Shown: positions 34,201-46,437 of the stretch, in pieces
How the letters are laid out: each line of letters opens with the position of its first letter
Numbering within the stretch: position 1 is the first letter of the stretch
DNA from: Amoebophrya sp. A120
Lineage: Eukaryota; Protista; Dinoflagellata
NCBI GenBank assembly: GCA_905178155.1
Contig: CAJINV010000001.1
Coordinates: 8,569,642 to 8,633,641, forward strand
DNA: 64,000 bases
Direction of reading: 5' to 3'
Program-made: the position numbers and the translations under genes
Notes under the pieces: model-generated
What the model saw: the letters and a program-made list of their open reading frames with translations, nothing else
Told to the model about the DNA's origin: nothing
Database searches by the model: none

Positions 34201-35704
34201 ATGCGACGATCCAATGACCCGCGAACCGAGCCGGTTCGGCTGCCCGACCACGTGATCCACATTATCCTGTATAAAAACGTCCCCACACCAGAGTCAAGAT
34301 GGGAAATCTGCAACACAAATCCAAATGTTTTGGGAATCACGCATGACAGTCTTCTCGCTGAATTGTAGTGCTGGTTAGCAAGCACAGCCGCATTACTTAC
34401 AAAGCCGTCCCCTTGTCCTGTTTGCAGCATTACAAATTCCAAAACAGGATTGATTATGCCTCTCTTGGGGATGCGCATTACAAATGTTCCTGTCCTTGCA
34501 ATTCTGCATGACTGACAACTCTGGGGTGGGGACGTTTTTCATCAGGATCCACATGGACGCCGACGAACACCAGCGGGAAAAAGAAGCCCGTCGGGCCGGC
34601 CAGAAGGAGAGCCGCATCGGCAAGAAGTGGCGACCGAAGAGCGGGCCGGGGTCCGACGTACCGTTTGGCACCAATCCCGACCTGTGGCACGCCGGGTTCC
34701 AGGGCCGCGAGAGCCAGTTTCACCCGAGCACAGGCAGCGTCGGCGAGGCCGTTAGCCCTGCGAAGGCCCACTACGAGCGGAAAGTCAGTCCGCAGAAACG
34801 GACCGCTTGGTTGGACGAAACAGCGCCGGACATGATGATTGGTGCCGGCCGCGGCGTCGAGGACGCGGAGAAGCTGCGGCACTACAAGGAGCACCGCATA
34901 AAGAGCACAACCAAGCTAATGCAGCACTGCATGGACGATGATAACTTCGTAGGTGAGCAACAGCAGCACCAGCAGCAACACCAGCATCAGCCCATCCGGG
35001 TGGAGGACATGTCGCCGAGCCGAGCAAATAACGTTGCGGGGGTGAACCGCATAGGTCTGGCGGCAGCTGCGAATCCAGGCGGAATTGTGTTTGACAGCAA
35101 CGTGTTGGCGCACGCCGGCCACCACGACCCGCGCATGCTAGCGTCTCCCGCCCGCATTACGAACCCGAATGCCATTCCGGATAGTACCGGCCAGCTACAG
35201 CTGCAGCCGCGGCAAACCGGGGTCGCCGCCAGCGCCGCCGCGCCGCGGCTGTCCCCCGTGCTCAACAACAATCCCGCCCCCGTTGGACAGGCACGTACGC
35301 GCGCGGGCCAAACACCCACCGCAGCCGCGGGAAGTTGGTACACGAGCGTTGGTGGTGGCGACCAGACCGGTGTCGCGTACCCGCACCAACAAGGCGCATT
35401 TTCTGCCCATAATCGCAACAGTAACGCGGCCAATGCGCCGAGCTCCGTAAGTCCGGTTCGGCGCGCCAGTTTGAACGCGCCGGGATACGATATCAACAAC
35501 GTACGGATTTCGGAACTGGCCCCGAGCATGGGCGCCACACGCGCTGCCCGGTCGGCCTCCGCCGAAAGTCGCTACCTCGCTGCCCCCGGGGACTTCAACG
35601 TCGCGAACGGATCGATGAGAAATGCAGCCCGAGATTCCCGCTATGCGATGCAGCGGGACGCAATGTTTGGATCCGACTTCCTGGGCCGCTCGCAAGACGA
35701 TTGA
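28280..35704 (+). CDS. Large multi-exon single-pass membrane protein with PAN-like, sushi-like and kringle domains and a low-complexity cytoplasmic tail; first exon unresolved
   Basis: Sushi-like GARCTVKCQSGY..TTCRKEG; kringle YRGCQSFTLGGSQCQSWD..H..NNFCANPDG..IW|CYT..WDYC across GT-AG intron 32131-32385; TM IVLVGLGFVLAAAVIYWCV near 33842-33898; GT-AG intron 34008-34171 joins the tail in phase; introners at 29583 and 34263 excise in frame (DPAINVPAADAY; DHVIHMDADEH). Confidence 0.75.
29583..29849 (+). mobile_element. Introner family A copy 3 (267 bp, TSD TTAAC)
   Basis: 32-bp TIRs; TTAAC at 29578-29582 and 29850-29854; removal restores the ORF. Confidence 0.95.
34263..34549 (-). mobile_element. 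Introner family B copy 2 (287 bp, TSD CACAT), inverted relative to B1
   Basis: TATCCTGTATAAAAACGTCCCCACACCAGAGT ... ACTCTGGGGTGGGGACGTTTTTCATCAGGATC; CACAT at 34258-34262 and 34550-34554; interior matches the reverse complement of B1. Confidence 0.92.
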
Positions 35705-36806
35705 ATGCCTGGAGCATGAGGTTGCGCCAGCTGTGTTTATGAAACAACAGTCTAAAAATAACAATACTACTTACCACTTCTATTTGATACGAATACATCA
35801 ACTTCTAGACATCAGATGAAATCAAATTAACAACAAAAATCCAGTGACGGTTATTGGTTGACGTTTGCTAATGCTGTAGCATGACTGCCAGATAGATACT
35901 AAACCTAAAAAATCGATGAAATTTCCTTAGGAGTGCTCTACGCACCACAGGTAGAGAGGGCACGAGAAGTCGAGCAGAACTTGCGACGACTGCCCAACTG
36001 CTAAAAGAACTTTTCTTTGTTTTTATTCGCACAAATTACAATTAGTACTCGCACACGCACGCGCACCTTTCGCTGTTGCTTTTGATTACTCTATCGTTAC
36101 ATTATCGCTTGATCAGAGAAGGGGTTTGATCTTGAGAGCCCTTTCCCTTGGAGCAAAGATGGCTCCTCTTGACTATCATTGTTTTTAACGCTGAATCGGC
36201 TGTGACCTTCACGAAGTGAATGATACTTCGAACAAGATGAACATGAACTGCTCGTTTGTGTTTGATGATAGTTACTATTCGCTTTGAAACAGTCAGTCGC
36301 CGCTGCTGGTGACTTCCATTCCTCGCTACCTCTTTGTTCGCAGGCACAACAAATTTGTTCTATCTACTACGTGCTGGTGGGGGCTTTCTCCGGCACGGTA
36401 TACAAAGGAGCGAGAATAGCAGAAGCAGAATAAGAAAGAGCGCCCACTAGCACAACAAACTGCCTCGACTTTGCCCCCCCTCGTTGGGAGGGATTCTTAT
36501 CCCATGGATTTGTTGGGTGCGGGTCTTCACACTACAAGATGACGATGATGAGAGCGGATTGAAAAGCGTCAAGGTTGGGCTTTTCGGATCTTAGAAAAAT
36601 GGAAAATGGTTGAAAATTTGTGTGGACACACAAAATATTCCAGTGAGTGAGAAGCGAGAGGAGCATACATAGAGCTCTGCGCAGTAGATTATGTAAGAAA
36701 AAGAAATGGCTTTTGCGCTGCCCTTTAAAGGTATCTATATTCTCATGAGGAGGACATTTCACAACTGAGAGGACTGGACAAGGAAATTGCATTCGAAATT
36801 GCAACC

Positions 36807-39800
36807 ATGATGCGTAAAAATCCCGGTGTAAATAAGGGCAAGGTACCGCTCGGAGCGGGTGCCACGAAGTTAATGCGGGATTCAGACAGTGAGCCGTCGA
36901 CGGGGAGGATGTCGCTGGGTCCAGAGCTCACCAAAGGGCTCACCGCGGAAGAAATACGCGAATTGGAAATGAGCATTCGGGAAGATCTGGACGGCTCGAG
37001 GTTCATTTGTCGCCCACCGGGAACAACTTCGTCCGCGCACCATGATAAAAGTAGGAGCTCAACTAGTCCTACCGCCGGCGTTGTGCAGGAGCCCCAGCCT
37101 GCAGAAGCGCACCCGGAGCCGGTGGACCTACCGGCTGTCGTGCCCTCCGCGAGCACTGGTGAGAAACCGCCACTCGCTCTGGACCAGCCGCCGCTGCAGT
37201 ATTCGCAGAGCGCCGGCACCTCCCTCCTGGACGCGACGCCGGCTACGAGCAGCTCCGCAAAACGCTTGTTGGTGAATTTCTACCCTCGGAGCGGGGAGCG
37301 AGACCGGTCCGTGGGAGATCCCAAAAATGCCGGTCAGCAGCAGGACACGCCTCGTGGGAAAGCAAAAACGTCAGCGCCGATACATGTCACTCCAGGCTCG
37401 AAACTCGATCCGCAGCTGTTTCCAAGGTAGGGTCTGTCTCATTTTTTCTCTCGGCTACAGTGGGACCTTCTGGAATTGATGCGTTCTGACCTTTTTGGAC
37501 GTCCCAGGAGATGAGGTCTTTTAAGTGTTTATGCTTTGTTGGCTAGAAATAGAATTCATCTATCTGATAAATTTATACTGATTCCACCGCACAGCGTTTA
37601 ACATTCACAGGGTTTCTGCTTCCTCGAGCAGTGAGGTTGCAAGTACGACGGAAGACGAACACCAGCTCGGCATTGTGGAACAGGCGAAGCGAAAGCTGTC
37701 GTTGAGTTCCTCTTCCAATCAACCCGCAGTTTCCGCCGCAACGCGGGCGAGTCGGTCGGATCTTTTCGCCGCCAGCCGGTCGCTCGCGGACCCACCACCA
37801 CCAGGCAATTCAGCTCGGAGTGTGACGTCTTCGGCTGGCGGGGCGCTGAGCACCGCGACTGGACAGCAAGCAAAGGGCGCGACTGCTGCTACCATGATGA
37901 CGAGTGCTGCAACCACGGTAGCGTTAGCGTACTCGGCCTCGCTACCGGAGCCACGGGTGCTTTCAGAAAAACAAAAAGCTTTAGACCACGATTACAGTGC
38001 GACGTCGGCAAACGGGGGCGATCGACCCACTGTCGCAGACGACGGCACTTTATTAAAGCCCAAGAAAGAACATCACGTGGAGGTTGGTACGGGCCTTTCT
38101 GCTTCCTCCCGGAATTGCTCGAACTCGAATTCGCAGCAAGCGCTCGGGGCAACCTACTACTCGATTTCGACGCCGGTGTGTTCCTCTCCAATCAGGGACT
38201 TCAACAAGGCGGCGCGCAGTCGGACAACTTCTGGTGACGAACCTTGCGTTGAAGACGCAGCGGCTGTCACGGTGACGGCACCGGCGCACGCGGGGAGCGC
38301 ACGACCTTCCGGGGGGTCTTTGACGACTGCAGTAGTTGCGTCTGGCAGCGGGACCAAACCGACAGCCGCCGGGTCGTCGAACCTAAAGGCTACGACCGTT
38401 GGCGGTGGCAGTAGCAGCAGCACGCCCGCATCATCATCGTCCGCGGTAAACTCGAAAAAGAACAAAGCGAACACGGTAGGGTCTCGTGCCGGTACCTCTG
38501 GGCCTTCGCCGCAAGGGCGGCGGCAGCAAGCACCGCCCGCACCGAGAGGCGTCTCGAGCGGGTTTCAGGCGCACAGACCGGGAGCTGCGGGGCTAAAGGA
38601 GAAAAAGCATGGCTCCGCGGGTACGGCCGCTGGACTCCGACCGACACAAGTACACCACCACACAACGCCGCAGCACACGCACCAGCGGACGAAACAGGAG
38701 GAAGGCTGCGTTGCGGAGACCGCGGGGACCGGTTCGGATGGGTCCAGTGCGACGACCGCGGCTGCAGTGGCGGGGCTCCTGGAAAAGGAGCAACTGGCTT
38801 TGCGGAAAAAAACGAGAGAAGAAAATGCTGCCTGGGTCGACATGCTCGCCGATTTATGTACTTGTCGATATGAGTTTCTTCTCTAACTTCTCACACTTTC
38901 TCGTAAATTTCAGAGTTACGATAAAGAGCGCTTCACTTAGTTCACGCTTTTTGAATCAATATGAACTGCGGCCACCCACAACTCGGATGTTTGTTCCTAA
39001 CAGGCACAGAAGTCGCTCAAGTTCGGGAGGAGTGTGCGATGATGAAGACTGCGCATTCGACCTCCGCTGCAGCTGCGTCTGCCCTGCAAAAAGAAGCGGA
39101 ACTGCACTCCCAGACACAGGTGGAAAAGTTGTCTGCGAGGCTCTCCACGGTAAATTCAGTAATTGCAACTTTACAGCTACTTTGTTTTCATCGAGATGAA
39201 AATGCCTTGTTTTACAACTTGTAAAGCAAACATAAATCAATTTGGTTCAGACAAACCCCTCTACTACCTCGAACTGCAGGTGGGTTCCGAGATGGAGGCC
39301 ATCCGGGACGAGTTTTTTGATTCGCAGACGCGGATGCGGTATCAAATGCAAAAATGTCTGGGTCTGGAGACTTGTGATGTCGTGTGGCGTATCATGAGGA
39401 GGCCACAATTGCTGGCTCAGCATGACAAGTTTCTGAGCTTCTAGGTGTTGCCTATTCTGCATGACAAACTACGTTTCTGCATGACAGAAAAGTGGGGCTC
39501 TTTGGTAATGTGCATGACAGATTTAAGAGTCATGCCAGACAAGCGTGACAAACTTGCATTCTTCCAGACCCAGGCATTTTTGCATTTGATATGCGGGAGC
39601 TGAAGGGCGAGATTGAGGTGGACGTCACTCGGCAGAAGGAGCTGCTCAGCGAGAGGATTGACGAGGTGGCAAAGAAGTTCGAGTCGCTGGTGGAGGAGGT
39701 GCGCCAGCAGAAGGACGAGGATATCGAGAAGATGCAGAAGGTAATCACGGTGTCCAGCCGAAAGCAAACCTCCGCCGTGCAGGACGTCAAGAAGCTGGAG

Positions 39801-41742
39801 GCGGACTTGGAGAAGCTGAAGTTGGAGCTGGACAAGCGGTGCAAGCAAGTGGATGTTTCCATGAAAAAGGAGATGCGGTTGCACGCCAAGAAGCTGTGCT
39901 CGGAAGCGCTCAAGTCCTCGCTGTCGTCCAAAAGTGGCGTGGAAACGCCCCCCGCGGACGAGAAAACGGTGGGGGTGCACCTGCCCGACAGTTCTCTGGA
40001 TCGCATTCCCTCGGAAGATTTCGCCACACCCTGTGCGCGCCACGCAGCGCCCCCTCCGACCGTGGAACGGCCCAAGTTTCTGCCAGGTAGTGGTGTTGGA
40101 GAGCGTTTTTGTTCTGTTCATCGGAAACGTTTTTGTGGGAAAATTTTGCTCTGTTACTTTTTTTCATCTATGATTGGTTCGTTGCATTTATTTGATGAAG
40201 TGGTGTTGTCGTGGTTGTCTAATCACCTGCTCCTACTTCTGCAGTGAATTTTTCTGATCCCGAGGTTCTCGACCGAGCAGCGGGACCGCAGTGTCGGTGC
40301 AGCTACAGTCTTCCTCTTCCGACATCGAGGGCAGCTCCAACGCGAATAACAGCACCACCGCGGGTCCGGGTACCAGCAGCGAGAGCGAGCATTTTTTGCC
40401 GCCGCCCGGCAGACTCAGCGAGAGCGTCCTGTCGCAGTACCAGGGAGCGCAAAGCGCCTCGGAGTTGCAGTTGAAACGGCAGATCGCCGCGGAGGTGAAG
40501 AAGCAGCTGGCGCAGGTCGACGAAAAGCAGAAGCGCAAGCACGACGAAACCGCGGTGCTGCTCACGGATTTGGACCGGTCTCTGAAGAAGAACGTGGTCA
40601 GTCTCAGCGCCCGGATCGACCAGATGAGCGAAAAGCAGAAATCGTTGCAGAAACGGGTGAAGTTCCTGGAAGACGCCTCCACGCTGCAGGCCTCACAGGT
40701 CAACCGCGCGTTCGAGGTCGGATTGGCGGACTTCATGCGAAAAATGGAAGACCGCCTGCAGCTCGTCCTCGACACCGCCCAAAGCTACCGCCGTGACAAC
40801 CACAAGGACCTGCAGGAGGTGCGGAAGGAACTCTTCCAGCTGCAGGACGCCTGGGCGTCGCGCTTGGACCTGGTGGAGCACAAAGTCGCGCATCTCAGGT
40901 CGTTTTCCGCCACTGCAAAAGCAGGTGACCCAGCGGAGGAGCACGACGCCCTGGAGGAGGAGGAGGAGAGCGAGAGCGACTCCGATTCGCAGTCGCAAGA
41001 AGTAGCGAAGGACAGCGCGGCGGACCATTTGCGAGACCACGAACAAACACGAGGCGAGTACGGAGCGGCTAGTCCGGACGACCACCGCCCGCGACGCCCA
41101 AGCTACAAGGAGGACACGGTGCCGCCGTTTTCACAGCGCCGCTCTGTGTACAACGCGTACCCAGGTGACAGCGTTTCTGCAGACGCCGTCAACATCTCCC
41201 CGGAAAAGTTGCGTTTCCCGTCCGCGTCTGACGGTGCCGCGCCCGACGTCGTCCAAAAAACGAGCGAGCCCTTCCATACGCCGAGCGACGATGAAGAAGA
41301 CGAAAGTGCGACGGCGGAAGATTCCTTTGGCGAGGTGTCGGAAATCCGCCACGCGGAGGAAGGTGCGTGAGCGTTTCTGGTTGTGAGTGTTGCGTCGTCG
41401 ATTAGACTATAGACATTTTACATATTACATATAGTATGCAAGTAAAAACAAAATACCGTTGAAAAGCCGTACCTTTCGGTTAGCTTATTTTTGGCTTCTT
41501 TCATTCTCGTCGTTGACGCATCATTTTTCCAAATGTCAGGCACCGCCGACAGCTCCCCGATGCTGCCCGAACAAGCGGATCCCGGCCAGTATCAGAACTC
41601 GCGAAAGGCAAGCGAGAGGAGACCGCCAGGCGAGATGAACAGGGCGGTGGGTGCAGGTCCGAAAGTCACGGGCTCTCTCCGCTCAGAGCCCGTTGCCATG
41701 CGCGGAGGCCATGATACAACTGGAGGCCGCAGGTCGCAGTGA
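36807..41742 (+). CDS. Multi-exon low-complexity / coiled-coil hypothetical protein
   Basis: Chain of + ORFs (36807-37425, ~37683-38857, ~39004-39149, 39251-39339, 39597-40086, ~40244-41362, ~41539-41742) separated by AT-richer GT..AG segments; introner A4 excises in frame (SQTRMRELKGEIE); exon joins only partly verified. Confidence 0.6.
39340..39591 (-). mobile_element. Introner family A copy 4 (252 bp, TSD TGCGG), inverted orientation
   Basis: TIRs at both ends; TGCGG at 39335-39339 and 39592-39596; reverse complement of the right end reads GGAAGAATGCAAGTTTGTCACGC, like the left end of copies 1-3. Confidence 0.93.
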
Positions 41743-42648
41743 TTCGCGTCGGGGCTTCCTCAGCAGTCGCATCGAGCCAGCCGTGCTTTGCTGTATTTTC
41801 CAGGCCGTCTTGACCGCTAGAGTGACCGGAGTGTCTGGTGGCCGTGGCGTCGGACGCATTATGCCCCGCAAGCAACAGTGCTGGCAGAGAACTGTTGTAA
41901 GTAGTAGCGTTATCTCAACCTGTATGATGATGATGATGAGGGAAATCTACGAACCAGTTCTACAAGGAGCTACGTGAGCCGCGACTTCGAAATGAACGTG
42001 TACCAAACGATTACGATTTAACAACAAGTCATCGCATGCTAGTGGAAAGATTTCCACCTGAGCAATGGATTACAAACGTACCCAGAGAATGGACATAGAG
42101 ATTGATCAAGCTTTGATACCTCTGTATGTGAAGACAGATGTCGCTGAAGAAAATGAAGTCATCCTGATCTCGCAATGAAACCAATATCCCAGTTGCGCTT
42201 TTCCCTTTACAAAATGCCTAAATGAAGATGGTCTCCGTCTCTTTGCATAAAGCGAAACTGAATGCATCTCCTCATCCGCAGGAGGGTAAATCTCAAATCC
42301 AGTCGCCGCACCCTGCAACATGGTTTCAACCTCGTCTGTGTTAGGTTTTAACGATGGTGCACGGAGGCACTGCCGCTGAACTACAACTGAGAGTCATAGC
42401 ACCAGCAACGTATGATAAGTTGTAATAGCACGTGTCTAAATCAGAGATCAGTAGTTTCCGTGTTGAAGATTCTCTCGCTTGAGTCGACCTGGCCAGCACT
42501 GACTTGCTTGTGCGTGCTGTTGTCAATTAATAACTCGAACTCCATTCTTCACACCCACCTCACAGTAGCCAAAGACTGGAGTGCTGCAGAGTCGGATATA
42601 GACAGTCGTCAGTGTTGATTGCTGGAGTGCAACGACTGAAAATAACTA

Positions 42649-42928
42649 TATCCTGAGTAAAAACGTCCCCACACCATAGTCAAGATGGAGAATCGGCTAG
42701 ACAAGTCCGCAAGTTTTGTCTGTTTTGCATGACAAATTTGGACTCGTAGTGTAGTACTGTTTGAGGTAGTTCAGCAGCATCACAGAGCTAGTATATCGTG
42801 CTGATTGGAGCATGACAAATTCCAAAACACGACCAGAAAATGCTTCTCATGGGGCTCCGCATGAGAAACATTTTCAGCATGCAGATTTGCATCACAACTA
42901 TGGGGGGGGGACGTTTTTAAATACGATA
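42649..42928 (-). mobile_element. Introner family B copy 3 (280 bp, TSD AACTA), apparently outside a + strand exon
   Basis: TATCCTGAGTAAAAACGTCCCCACACCATAGT ... ACTATGGGGGGGGGACGTTTTTAAATACGATA; AACTA at 42644-42648 and 42929-42933. Confidence 0.88.
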
Positions 42929-43289
42929 AACTATCTGATAAAGCTAGCACCCGCTACGGTTAATTTTTTGAAAAGCCCAGAAGTGGGTGCGTATAATACT
43001 TAACATTTTCAAAAGATTCTCAACACATTTATTGCGGCTTTTGCGCTGCTTGTACTAGTACTTGTACACCTCTGCAGCTACCGTCTGGAGGACAAAGACA
43101 CTCAAGACGACCCGCTTCGGCTTTGCAGTTCGGGTGTCTGGCGTTCTCGACGTGTACAAACTTTTCCTTTGACCCGCGTAGCGGATCGAATTGAAATCTC
43201 AAACACGCTCGGCGTAATCCTCACCACAAGAGACATTTTATTTGCCGCTTCCACCCGAGCCCGACGCGCAACGACAAGACAGCTTCCCC

Positions 43290-45287
43290 ATGGTTTCCCA
43301 ACGTCAGGACACGGTAATCAAGAATTCTTTCGGGGCCGCAGGAAATAGTACTAAAGCAGCGTCGGCGACGTCCTCGTCCTCCAGCCGCCCGACGACCGCC
43401 AGCGCGATCTCTTCCCTGGCCGCACCCGGCATGCGGGTCCGGGTTTTTCCCTACCAGGCCCAGGACCTGGCGCAGGTCCCGGGGGTGAACGAAAACGAGG
43501 AGGCGCCCTTTTTCGTATCAAATGCAAAAATGTCTGGGTCTGGAAGAGTCACCAGGGTTTGCCATGCACATTTTGCAGGACCCGTGAGGTCTGTGATGCA
43601 GGTCCTAGCATCACAATTTTGTTGAGGGCCTCTTGATGCTTATCACGCATGAGAAATGCCCTCTCCGCGTGCCAAGGGGACTCTTCTTGCTGCTCATGCA
43701 ACACAGATATTGTTAGAATCCGCGGACAGCATTACAAGCTCCAATCTTCCAGACCCAGACACTTTTACATTTGATATTTCGGGCTGCTGAGCAAGTCCGC
43801 GGACCAGCAGTTCCAGACCGACGCCGCCCCGAACTTTGTGTTCGACGCCCCGCAAACCAAGGCCGCGCAGAACGACCAGTGGCTGGCGCGGCGGGTGGGC
43901 AACGAGCTGCACCTGTTCCCGGCTAAGGGAACCTTTTCCTTCCTGAAGCGGGTCCAGACCGACCGGGACCTCCAGACCGCCATGGACCGCATGAAGGCCC
44001 GCGACAAGCTCCCCGTCCAGGACCGGAAGGAGTGGGAAGCCTCGAGGGCAACCAAGGTATGGATTTGCATAGGTTTTAGTTTACAGTTGCACTATCTTGT
44101 GAACGAAGGAACAACTCAAACTTTCATCCGCTTCAGTAGAAATAAACGCAAAGAGGCGACTAGAGATTGACGACATTCGACATGATCTGTGTGAAAAAAG
44201 CGTTTTCCTTAATCGTAATCTTATATCCTCAGCCCTCGGCCACGACCGAGATTGATCTTGCTGGCGCGACCAAGCGGCCGTACGTGCGAACGGGCTGCGA
44301 GGAGCTGGACGAGGAGAATCAGTACCTGCAGTCGTTGGAGGACCCCAGCACCCGGGCGGAGCAGAAGTTCGGCAAGGAGGACCCGCAGTTCCGGAAGAAG
44401 CGCAAGCTAATGGAGGAGCGCATCCTGGCGCGCAAGCTGGACGCGGCGGGCAGCGTGCCGGAGACCGCGCACGAGGCCAACTTTCTGAAGCACACTGAGG
44501 ACAACGAGTTTGATTGGGACGCCGAGGAAAACGACCGGTTTTCGGACGACGAAGGGAACGACGGCGGCGAGGACGAAAACGCGGCCGCGGAACTGCACCC
44601 CGGGGACAACACGCTCGCCGACGAGGAAATGTTCGAAAAGGACGACAAATACAACGCGGGGGAGGGAAACGGTATAGAAAAATCCAGCAGTGCAGCTGCT
44701 TTTTAGATATTGATGTTGCAGCAGTACTTGGATGAAATACTTCTAAAACATGTATGAAAATGGAAATGCACAGAACCAAGGGAGTGGTTCTGCCTTTCCC
44801 ATCTTATAGATAGGCATACGCAACTGATGAAATAAACGACGGGTCGCATAATTAGTACCACTTTGCCGAGACGTTTTTGTACACAACCGAAATGAAATGT
44901 ATGTACGCACCGCATGTATGAATAATGCTGATCTTCCTACTTACAGCGGTGACCCGGCTGGATCAAATGATCAAAGAAGAGAAGGACTCGGAGAAGGCGG
45001 TCGACCAGGTCGGTGGCAGTGACGGCCCTGTCCGGAAGATGGACCAGGTGGCAGCGGCTGCTCCGGTAGACAGCAAACCGCTAACGATCGCGGAGCAGAT
45101 CGCCAAGCTCTTCGAGAAGTCGAATGTCGTTGGCATTGGCGAGATCATGAAGGCCCTGGGCATCGACGGAAAAACCGCGAAAACCTCTCCCAAATGGCGA
45201 CAGACCCTGGACCACTTGAAGGCAAACTACACCGGCTCCAAAAATGCCAGCGGCGGCTTTGTCTTCATCAAAAAAACTTCCAAGTGA
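43290..45287 (+). CDS. Hypothetical nuclear protein, possibly a divergent TFIIF alpha subunit (RAP74/Tfg1-like)
   Basis: Exons 43290-43515, 43782-44056, 44233-44671 and 44947-45287 join in frame; beta-rich QWLARRVGNELHLFPAKGTFSF, acidic EFDWDAEENDRFSDDEG and a C-terminal ~65-aa winged-helix-like segment; gene model is solid, identity is tentative. Confidence 0.5.
43516..43776 (-). mobile_element. Introner family A copy 5 (261 bp, TSD TTTCG), inverted orientation
   Basis: TIRs at both ends; TTTCG at 43511-43515 and 43777-43781; removal gives EAPFFGLLSKSADQQF in frame. Confidence 0.94.
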
Positions 45288-46437
45288 AGAACTACATTAT
45301 ATTTTCTCCACTGACTCCCCGTTCGACAGGAAACGCCGCGTCTGTGGCAGTCATTCTCACAAAGAACAGCTTTCATCCATCTACTTCGGAGGAGCGTGCG
45401 TTCTGGATCTGCGGGGTCTGGGACAGACAGAGACATGATTCCGCTGACGAAGAAGTTAGAAAAAAGACCGGCAGTTTTTTTCGCGGTAGATGTTCTTGCA
45501 GTGTCATCTCGCATCGTTTGTATTTGTAGTGTTGAAAAGGATCAGGATGTCAATTGCCATTACGTGCTGGCTCTCCTGGCCCGGACGCGGACTGGAGCAC
45601 TTCGTTCTTATTTTTTCAAGTATCGGCATCAAAAAACTCCCCTCTTCGATGGGTACGTAAACGCAAAACCATCAAGTTCCAGTTTTGGACGGCAACTCGC
45701 GTTGTTGGTGTGTTATTCTCAACAATTCCATTGTGCTCTTCGTGATCGTTTACCAAATTCTGGAATTTCGTTTGAGTGATAATTTGATTGCCGCTCGATG
45801 CAAACTTCCTTTGCTTGAAAAGTGCCTCGAAGTAGATAGTTTCGTGACTTTTTCGTCGACGTAAAAAAATGCAGCAAAACTCTGACGGGACAAGGTAGTG
45901 ACAGCATGCAGCATGGCTTCGCTCTCTTGAAATCTTTGCTATTCTGAAGTCGACTTTTACTTGCTCAAAACGACAAAACATACATGAGAAAATCCTTAGG
46001 TCTTTGATTCGTGATTGTGTATGAAAGTTTTTTTTTTCCGGGCGTAGTTGCGACATATTTTAAGAGTCTTTTTGTAACCAAAGCTGCCCGTTTGTCGCAC
46101 CTTAGATTTTTTGAACAACGAATAGTCCAACGACCAATGACCTTCCGATAGTTCTGTGTGCACCAGCAGCCTTAACGCCGGACAGTGCACCAGCAACAGC
46201 ACAAGAACCCCGGCGTCACTGCTCCTAGACGGTGCTACTGCCCCAGGTCGTCCCCGCGACTAGATGGGTAACGGCGCATGCCGGGGTACGACGAGCAGCC
46301 GCGTGGCAGTGCGCGCTCCTGGACGAGCGGCGCCTCCGCGGCCGAGGTCCAAGGAAGGCCGACAAGCTGACGCAACGGAACGGAATGGCGACAACACTTT
46401 TTCTCCAAGCAAGCCACGCAACGCGCACGATGGCACT

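Noticed and set aside
34189-35704. Independent gene starting at ATG 34189
   Set aside because: An in-phase GT-AG intron (34008-34171) links it to the upstream TM exon, so it is more likely the cytoplasmic tail of the kringle protein
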